Source: Candidatus Taylorbacteria bacterium RIFCSPLOWO2_01_FULL_48_100
GTDB lineage: Bacteria; Patescibacteriota; Minisyncoccia; Phycocordibacterales; UBA10002
Length of the DNA stretch: 64,000 bases
Direction of reading: 5' to 3'
NCBI GenBank assembly: GCA_001821135.1
Contig: MHSA01000011.1
Location: 3,042 to 67,041 of the forward strand
Below are positions 1 through 6,142 of this stretch, piece by piece; the first letter of the stretch is position 1; every line of letters begins with the position of its first letter. Below the pieces are notes generated by a model that worked only from the letters and a program-made list of their open reading frames with translations, was not told the origin of the DNA and ran no database searches. The position numbers and the translations under genes were made by a program.

Positions 1-581
1 ATTTCTTGCGGCGCGTAAAATTCAAGACGAAACACGCCGCCCCCAAAGCGCGAGCGAAGAGGCGAGGAAAGGAGCGCGATGCGCGTCGTTGCGGCGAGGA
101 GCGTAAATGGCGGAAGCTCCAGTTGAATTGTGCGCGCCGACGGCCCCTTGCCGATAATGATGTGCAGTTCTCCCGACTCCATTGCCGGATACAACACTTC
201 CTCAATGGAGCGGTTGAGGCGGTGTATTTCGTCAATAAACAAAATATCGCCCGCAGAAAGGTTCGTGAGTATGGAAGCGAGGTCGCCAACTTTCTCAATC
301 GCAGGTCCGGAAGTGGATTTCATCTGCGCGCCCATCTCTTTTGCAATTAGGTGGGCGAGTGTCGTCTTGCCGAGCCCCGGCGGTCCGTAAAAAAGAATAT
401 GCTCGGGCGGGTGACTCCGTTCGCGCGCCGCGCCGAGGAGGATTTTTAGATTTTCCGTAACTTGTTTTTGCCCAGTGTACTCATCAAACGATGCGGGGCG
501 GAGTGCCGCGTCAAGAAAGGCGTCCCGCCGCGCGCCGACATCGGCTTCCGTCTTAATCTTTTCTTTCGCAAGTTTTTGCAT
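1..581 (-). CDS. ruvB: Holliday junction helicase RuvB, truncated by the window start (N-terminal ~193 aa present)
   Basis: Minus-strand translation from the ATG at 581-579 gives [10 protein letters not shown]...GQKQV...[22 protein letters not shown]...LFIDEIHRL, which has the RuvB Walker A, Walker B and sensor motifs. The ORF runs off the window edge, so it is absent from the ORF track. Confidence 0.85.
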   Translation of the reverse strand, partial: MQKLAKEKIKTEADVGARRDAFLDAALRPASFDEYTGQKQVTENLKILLGAARERSHPPEHILFYGPPGLGKTTLAHLIAKEMGAQMKSTSGPAIEKVGDLASILTNLSAGDILFIDEIHRLNRSIEEVLYPAMESGELHIIIGKGPSARTIQLELPPFTLLAATTRIALLSSPLRSRFGGGVFRLEFYAPQE

Positions 582-685
582 TTAATGGACTTGTCCCGTT
601 AGAAGCAGGGAATTGTTGCAATTACCGAGGCTTCTAATGGGATTGACAATAAAATTAAACTATGCTAACCTAATTTTGGTAGAAG

Positions 686-781
686 CGTCGCAAAACACAT
701 TTTCAAAATGTCTGGAGCGAGTGGTCGCATTGCAGCGACCCGAGCGTTACCGAGGACTTTTGTAAAATGTGTTTTGCGACG
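686..781. repeat. Nested inverted-repeat element. 23-bp arms (CGTCGCAAAACACATTTTCAAAA / TTTTGTAAAATGTGTTTTGCGACG) flank a central palindrome GGTCGCATTGCAGCGACC.
   Basis: Inverted repeats read directly in the intergenic region between the pilB stop and the ruvB start. Confidence 0.6.
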
Positions 782-1035
782 CGCTGTTATTTTCAAGCGC
801 GCGAATCTCTAAGCAATAGACCTTCGGGTTTTTGACGCCCCATCGGGGATGTTCCGGTTTGATGCTTCACGGCCCCTGACGGGAACACACCCAAGAGCTG
901 CGTTTTGCTTTTCGTGTTTATATGAAAAGTATTGCTTAGAGATTCGCGTTCTGGAAACCTTTTTTCTTTTGTTACTGTACCCGCTTTCTCGGTGCGCGCA
1001 ATTGCTTGACGCGCCTTTTTTGTTTCCTAATGCAT

Positions 1036-2709
1036 TTATTCATTAAACCCGACCACGCGCTCCACTTCTTCAAGTGAAGTGATTCCCAACAACGCTTTCA
1101 GAACACCATCTTGCGGCATTGTGAGAAGTCCTTGCGGTTTTCCTGTCGCTCGGATTTCGCGCTCGCTCGGATTTTCGCGGATTATTTTCTCTATCGCAGA
1201 ATCCATCACAATTCCCTCAAACACGCCGATTCTGCCTTTGTAGCCCGTTTGCGAACACTTGTCGCACCCGACCGCCTTCCACGCGCGCGCCGTCTGCGGC
1301 ACGGATTCTTCTTTGGGAAGCCCTGCAAGCACCTGTTCAACCAACTTCTTTTCATACGCAGACAACGCGGTTTCTTTTTTGCATATAGAACAGAGCTTTC
1401 GGACGAGGCGCTGAGCGAGCGCGAGCGTAATCGCAGAGCTCATCACTTTAGAATCCGCGCCGAGGTCTATGAGGCGTGGGAAGGTGCCAGCGGCGTTGTT
1501 GGTGTGCAATGTTGAGAATACCATATGGCCAGTAAGCGAAGCGTTCAAGGCGACCCCGGCGGTCTCGCCATCGCGGATTTCACCGACCATAATCACATCA
1601 GGGTCTTGACGGAGCGCGGAACGCAAACCCTCCAAGAAAGTATACTTTTCCTCCGCGTTCACTTGCGTTTGCACGATGCCTTGCAGGTGGTATTCAATCG
1701 GGTCTTCAATTGTAATGACCTTCACGCCCGGCGTATAAATCTTCCGCAAAAAGGCGTAGAGCGTTGTCGTCTTACCACTTCCCGTCGGACCCGTTGTGAG
1801 AATCATACCGTTCGGCTTTTTAATTTCTTTTTCCACAAGTGCGTGTAACTTCGGATGCATACCTAGGTCTTCCATCGGCACCGCAATTGTCGCCGGATTC
1901 AAAACGCGTAGCACGACCGACTCGCCATACGAACCAGGAATTACCGAAGTTCGTATTTCTATTTCCGTTCCCCCTACTTTTACGCTAAATCTGCCGTCTT
2001 GCGCTTCGTCGCGCACATTGAGCTTAAGCCCCGATACGAGTTTTACGCGCGAGAGTATAAATTGGAATGAGTCCGTTGGTATGGCGATAAGGTCGTTCAG
2101 TATTCCATCTAAGCGCACGCGCACGCGCACCGAGGCGCTTTCCGGTTCAAAATGAATATCTGACGCGTCGGTTGCGAGCGCGCCGGCGAGTAATGTTTCA
2201 ACCATGCGCGAAACGCGTGAAGATTGTTTTGATGCCAGTTCTGAGCGCAAAACATTAGCAATATCCGCAACCGTCTTTAAGTTTTTCGCCTGCGCCGACA
2301 CCTCGTCGCTCTGAATGGTGATTGAACCCGCGCTTTCTTCATGTGCAAACGATAATTCTTTGTATCGCGCCCACGCTTTTTCAAGTCCCTTCCGTTCCGT
2401 CATAAAAAGCGTTGCTTCGTAGCCCGAACCCGCGAGCTTTTTCAGCGCGGCTTTCGCTTCTTTCTTTTCTGGAGAAAATGCGGCGATGCTCACTTTCTTG
2501 CCGTTCAACGCAAAGCCGGCAATATGCGCCGCGCGCGCTTCGGCTTCGGGGACAAGTCGGAGCGCGTCCAATTCAATCGGGGTGGGGATTAGGTCTATAT
2601 ATGGAATACCAGCTTTTTCCGCCTGTGTTTGCACAAGCGCACGCTCCTCGCGTTCGTGGAGTTCGGTCAGTTGCTCTTTTTGCTTTTCTTCGTCAAATGT
2701 AATGGGCAT
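1036..2709 (-). CDS. pilB: Type IV pilus assembly / type II secretion ATPase (GspE/PilB family)
   Basis: 557 aa. Has an N-terminal GSPII_E_N-like region, Walker A GPTGSGKTTT, and the conserved C-terminal tetracysteine motif (CxxC...CxxC) of the GspE family. Confidence 0.85.
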   Translation of the reverse strand: MPITFDEEKQKEQLTELHEREERALVQTQAEKAGIPYIDLIPTPIELDALRLVPEAEARAAHIAGFALNGKKVSIAAFSPEKKEAKAALKKLAGSGYEATLFMTERKGLEKAWARYKELSFAHEESAGSITIQSDEVSAQAKNLKTVADIANVLRSELASKQSSRVSRMVETLLAGALATDASDIHFEPESASVRVRVRLDGILNDLIAIPTDSFQFILSRVKLVSGLKLNVRDEAQDGRFSVKVGGTEIEIRTSVIPGSYGESVVLRVLNPATIAVPMEDLGMHPKLHALVEKEIKKPNGMILTTGPTGSGKTTTLYAFLRKIYTPGVKVITIEDPIEYHLQGIVQTQVNAEEKYTFLEGLRSALRQDPDVIMVGEIRDGETAGVALNASLTGHMVFSTLHTNNAAGTFPRLIDLGADSKVMSSAITLALAQRLVRKLCSICKKETALSAYEKKLVEQVLAGLPKEESVPQTARAWKAVGCDKCSQTGYKGRIGVFEGIVMDSAIEKIIRENPSEREIRATGKPQGLLTMPQDGVLKALLGITSLEEVERVVGFNE

Positions 2710-2726
2710 AAGAATGCCTTTATTAT

Positions 2727-2775
2727 ACCAATATACGAATGAATACCAATATACGAATGGCTACGAATGGGCTTG
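2727..2775. repeat. Tandem TACGAAT-containing element, copy 1 (ATACCAATATACGAATG x2, then GCTACGAATGG), immediately upstream of a -35 box
   Basis: Direct repeats visible in the sequence. Related copies are at 23534-23578 and 29143-29188. Confidence 0.6.
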
Positions 2776-2801
2776 ACAAGAAATACAGGAGATGCTATAC
2801 T
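2773..2801 (+). promoter_or_regulatory. Sigma70-like promoter: TTGACA, 17-nt spacer, TATACT
   Basis: Consensus -35 and -10 hexamers with a 17-nt spacer, upstream of the 2876 CDS. The same TGCTATACT -10 context recurs at 11521 and 16815. Confidence 0.6.
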
Positions 2802-2875
2802 ATATAGCAGAATCAGCACGATTCAAGATTCAATAAAAAACAAAAAACAATCAAAAAAAGAAAGTTGAGGAAAAA

Positions 2876-3661
2876 ATGAAAAAAGGACACGCAATCACTC
2901 TTGGTATCGTCGCAGGTGTAATTATTTTAATACTCACTGCGATAGTTGGATATCTTTCAGGGAAAAACACACATCGTCCGCAGGCGATTTCAGTTACTAA
3001 CACTCCACCGCCCACCATTGTGGTGCAGACGAACGCGCCAAGTCAGGTTGACATGCTTGCCGCCGAGGTGGAGGCACTGAAGGCCGCCAATGAAGAAAGG
3101 GAGGCGAGGGTGCAGAGATTGCTCGCACTCAACGAAGAAGTTCGTCGGGAGCGGGAGACCAATGTCATCACAATACCCGTCACGGTGAATGTAACCAACA
3201 CACCATCTTCGGTGACTATTAACGGCACTTTTAATGTTGGTGGTTCATCAGAGGCAAAGAAGGCGGCGACTTCGTTGATGGAGCGAAGGCGTGCACCGAA
3301 AACGCGGACCCCGATGTACACCATCACAAACTCCACCTCGTCTGTGACGGTTTCTGGAACCACTACGGTTTCGGAGACACACACCTCGGTGCAGAACTTT
3401 CTGCCACCTGGACGGCGAAGTTTGCTCGGTGTGATTCTTTGGGGTCGGGCAAACCCCATTCCGACCACGGTGCCGAGCGGGCAAAGTGTCCAACAAGGAC
3501 AACCGCCGACGCCTATCGTGGTTGTCCAGCAACCATATGGATATGGGTATCCGTCTGGGTATGGCGGTGGGTATGGATACGGATATCCATACAGCCGAGT
3601 GCCCGCATATTCGGGTTCGTGTGAACGCAAACTCTTCGGAGTTCGCTTTCATACGAGGTAG
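2876..3661 (+). CDS. Hypothetical membrane-anchored protein with a Pro/Thr-rich region and a C-terminal Gly/Tyr/Pro low-complexity tail
   Basis: 261-aa ORF downstream of a strong promoter. It has an N-terminal TM helix, a coiled-coil-like AEVEALKAANEEREARVQRLLALNEE segment and a GYGYP repeat tail. No recognisable domain. Confidence 0.5.
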   Translation: MKKGHAITLGIVAGVIILILTAIVGYLSGKNTHRPQAISVTNTPPPTIVVQTNAPSQVDMLAAEVEALKAANEEREARVQRLLALNEEVRRERETNVITIPVTVNVTNTPSSVTINGTFNVGGSSEAKKAATSLMERRRAPKTRTPMYTITNSTSSVTVSGTTTVSETHTSVQNFLPPGRRSLLGVILWGRANPIPTTVPSGQSVQQGQPPTPIVVVQQPYGYGYPSGYGGGYGYGYPYSRVPAYSGSCERKLFGVRFHTR

Positions 3662-3679
3662 CGAGAAAAAATCTCGCTG

Positions 3680-3716
3680 AGGCGCGCAAACGAAGTTTGC
3701 GCGCCTTTTTCTTTTT
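3680..3716 (+). terminator. Rho-independent terminator (GGCGCGCAAAC...GTTTGCGCGCC plus T-run)
   Basis: Perfect GC-rich hairpin followed by a TTTTTCTTTTT run. Confidence 0.7.
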
Positions 3717-3749
3717 GCGCATACTGTAAAATCACAGGTTGTTGTTTTT

Positions 3750-4217
3750 ATGAAAGAAATCCTTTCTCACAGCATCGCAGACACCGCGAAGTTTGCGCAA
3801 GAGTTTCTTGCTGGGCTGTTTCCATGTGCAGATTCGTCGACAGTTGTTGGGTTATACGGAGATCTCGGTTCGGGCAAGACCGCGTTTGTTCAGCAGATTG
3901 CGAAAGCACTCGGCGCGCGCGGCTCTGTCCAAAGCCCGACTTTTGTCATTATGAAAAAATATGCGCTAAAAAATCCCCCCTCACTCCCCCCTTTATTAAA
4001 GGGGGGATATAGAGGGGATTTACAACTTGTCCATATAGACGCCTACCGTTTAGACAGCGCCACGGATTTAAAAAAACTCGGCTGGGATGCGCTCTCAAGC
4101 GACCATAGTAATCTCATTTTCATAGAATGGGCAGACCGAGTCGCCGACATTTTACCGCTTGACCATATTAAACTCCGCTTTGAGTTTGTAGATGATACAA
4201 CTCGCAAGATATCGTAA
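3750..4217 (+). CDS. tsaE: tRNA threonylcarbamoyladenosine biosynthesis ATPase TsaE (YjeE), carrying a ~17-aa in-frame palindromic-repeat insertion
   Basis: P-loop GDLGSGKT, SPTF motif and HIDAYRL motif are present. The insertion KNPPSLPPLLKGGYRGD is encoded by the palindromic element at 3968-4021. Confidence 0.75.
   Translation: MKEILSHSIADTAKFAQEFLAGLFPCADSSTVVGLYGDLGSGKTAFVQQIAKALGARGSVQSPTFVIMKKYALKNPPSLPPLLKGGYRGDLQLVHIDAYRLDSATDLKKLGWDALSSDHSNLIFIEWADRVADILPLDHIKLRFEFVDDTTRKIS
3968..4021. repeat. G/C-rich palindromic repeat element, copy A (AAATCCCCCCTCACTCCCCCCTTTATTAAAGGGGGGATATAGAGGGGATTT), in-frame inside tsaE
   Basis: Nested inverted repeats. Shares the AAATCCCCTCC...GGAGGGGATTT module with copies at 35846, 55199 and 55722. 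Confidence 0.6.
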
Positions 4218-4285
4218 AACTTAGCGTAATCTTCCACCCGCCAACCCACCTTATTTTTATGTGCGTATAACTTATATAAAAACAC

Positions 4286-4325
4286 CACATCAATATAGTA
4301 CGCGACCGCGTACTATATTGATGTG
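4286..4325. repeat. Perfect 19-bp-arm palindrome CACATCAATATAGTACGCG-AC-CGCGTACTATATTGATGTG. Probably a terminator for the minus-strand gene 4386-4958, and related to the palindrome at 5006-5043.
   Basis: Read directly from the sequence. On the minus strand it is followed by GTGTTTTTA. Confidence 0.6.
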
Positions 4326-4385
4326 GGTAAATTGTTAGACAATCAATAATGAAATAACTAGAAGATTTACGAGAGAAGTTAGAAG

Positions 4386-4958
4386 TTACGGAGGATATAC
4401 TTCAAAATAATCACGAAGCACGCGGTCGTTTTCTATTGCTTCTGCAATCACATACAACAAATCTTTTCCTATTTTGAAATCCGCTTTGAGGAGCGCAATG
4501 AAATCCTCGCAGTCGTGTGGATACACCCACACACTATCTTGTAGCCACTTAAAACCGATTGCTTGGAGCGTGTTCCGTACTTTGTCCCGCAACTCTTTTT
4601 GTTTTTCTGGAATATCAAAAATAAGCACGCGCCATTTGCCGTCCCATTTTTCAGGTTGAGGAAGTTTATACTCGCATTTTTTCCACTCGCACAATTTCTC
4701 TTTTCCTTTCAGCGTTAATTCAAGAAATTTTTTATTCCGGCGGAGCAGTCCATTTTTTACGAGTCGTTCTCGCGCCGCAAGAACCGAGCGGTACTTTTTC
4801 TTTTGTTCGGCACTGTCCATCATTTTATACATTTTATACACACTCCCCGCGAGCATCTGTGTAGTCATTTCAACTAACGATTCTGCCGCGGCAAGCATCG
4901 TACGCTGTAGCCGTGTATTTCGTACTCGCTCCATTACTTTTTTCTCAAGCATTCCCAT
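4386..4958 (-). CDS. PaaX-like transcriptional regulator (N-terminal winged helix plus C-terminal Cas2/VapD-fold domain)
   Basis: 190 aa. The segment VLIFDIPEKQKELRDKVRNTLQAIGFKWLQDSVWVY follows the hydrophobic-FD[IV]-basic...Q.SV[FW] pattern of Cas2/PaaX C-terminal domains. Confidence 0.45.
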   Translation of the reverse strand: MGMLEKKVMERVRNTRLQRTMLAAAESLVEMTTQMLAGSVYKMYKMMDSAEQKKKYRSVLAARERLVKNGLLRRNKKFLELTLKGKEKLCEWKKCEYKLPQPEKWDGKWRVLIFDIPEKQKELRDKVRNTLQAIGFKWLQDSVWVYPHDCEDFIALLKADFKIGKDLLYVIAEAIENDRVLRDYFEVYPP

Positions 4959-5005
4959 ATTATTTGTTTTTCTTTTTGATAGATGTAGTGCAAGTTACAA
5001 GGGGT

Positions 5006-5043
5006 GTGTTTTTAAGTATATCAATATAGTGCGCGGTCGCAAG
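5006..5043. promoter_or_regulatory. Degenerate copy of the 4286-4325 palindrome (ATCAATATAGTGCGCGGTCGCAAGTTATATTGAT), about 50 bp upstream of the PaaX-like gene start. Candidate operator.
   Basis: It shares the ATCAATATA outer arms and the GCGCG-CGC centre with the downstream palindrome. Confidence 0.4.
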
Positions 5044-5270
5044 TTATATTGATATTGACTGATAGAATGAGGTTGTGGTAGGATTTTGGGCAGAGAGACA
5101 CAGAAGTTCCTCTTAGATTTCTGCGCCTCGCAGAGCGGGGGCGGGAAGCGTACGGCGTGTTGCCTGAAAGGGCGGCGCAACGGAGCGCTGAAAGGCGAAT
5201 GAACTTTGAAAACACAAGTTCCGTTTGCCCTGAAAGGGGCGAAAGAACAAAAACCTGAAAGGGTTATAGT

Positions 5271-6083
5271 ATGGACTACTGGAAAAGAGATGAACAAAAC
5301 GATGTTACGCTCCTGTTATTCAAACCAGGCGAGCAGGCATCAGAAGATTGTCATAGAGCTTTTGCGATTCTCAGGGAGGTTGAACTCACTGAAACAGAAA
5401 AGGTTCTCTCAATACTGGGAAAGAAAAATAAGCGACCACATCATGGCGGAGATTTGTACCAGTCCCCCAACTTGGGAGATGCTCCCTTGGAGACGGTGCG
5501 CCGAATCATTGCGGCAACACTCATTGTGTGCCGTGTCGAATGGTTCACTTTTGTGAATAGTATTGTTGAAATCACAAATCACAATAGTAGCAGGTCTCCT
5601 CATTTTCGTTACGGCGCGGTTCTCGGTCTTCTTGATGGGTTTTTGTATCCAGATCTGTTTTTGGGAGACGAAGATGATGAAGAAAAAACCTTGCCGTTTT
5701 ACGAGGACATTGGCCCGTGTTGCATATACACAGCAATACTGCTTTGTATATTGAAACTCACTTGGTGGTGTCCAGACGAAAACGAGGAAGACGGCCATCA
5801 ACTCTCAAAACAGCAATCTGGAGAGCTGTCTAACCTAATTAGCAAGTGTCTAGACGAACCTAAGTTAGGTGTCGTTGGAACTCACCCACGGATGCTTGCA
5901 ATATCGCGGTTCCTCACCGAAGTGGCAGTCCGTTACGATGAGGAAGACAGCGAGGGAGGTTCGTTTCGTTCTGAATGGATAGAGGCAATTGCAAATGGAT
6001 TTCTTTATAAAATGTTCGGTAAACTATCCTTCCAGAATCAAGTGGAGTTGGTGAACGAGGCCATTGTGGACTTAAACGGTTGA
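5271..6083 (+). CDS. Hypothetical protein
   Basis: 270-aa ORF with no recognisable domain. It is preceded by four CTGAAAGG repeats and followed by a terminator hairpin. Confidence 0.45.
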   Translation: MDYWKRDEQNDVTLLLFKPGEQASEDCHRAFAILREVELTETEKVLSILGKKNKRPHHGGDLYQSPNLGDAPLETVRRIIAATLIVCRVEWFTFVNSIVEITNHNSSRSPHFRYGAVLGLLDGFLYPDLFLGDEDDEEKTLPFYEDIGPCCIYTAILLCILKLTWWCPDENEEDGHQLSKQQSGELSNLISKCLDEPKLGVVGTHPRMLAISRFLTEVAVRYDEEDSEGGSFRSEWIEAIANGFLYKMFGKLSFQNQVELVNEAIVDLNG

Positions 6084-6092
6084 ATTTGCACA

Positions 6093-6124
6093 GTCGGGTG
6101 ATTTTTGTCACCCGGCTTTTTTTA
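6093..6124 (+). terminator. Rho-independent terminator (CGGGTGA-TTTTTG-TCACCCG plus T7)
   Basis: Hairpin plus T-run. It lies inside the 5' extension of the tracked polA ORF, which argues that the polA start is downstream. Confidence 0.65.
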
Positions 6125-6142
6125 TGGCGGAGCGATGTTAGA

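Noticed and set aside
849-1046. 65-aa plus-strand ORF between ruvB and pilB
   Set aside because: No start context and no conservation signal, and it overlaps the pilB terminator region. Considered noise.
6080-6142. Upstream extension of polA from the tracked ORF start at 6080
   Set aside because: An intrinsic terminator for the preceding gene (6093-6124) lies inside this stretch. The canonical 5'-nuclease N-terminus begins after ATG 6143/6155.
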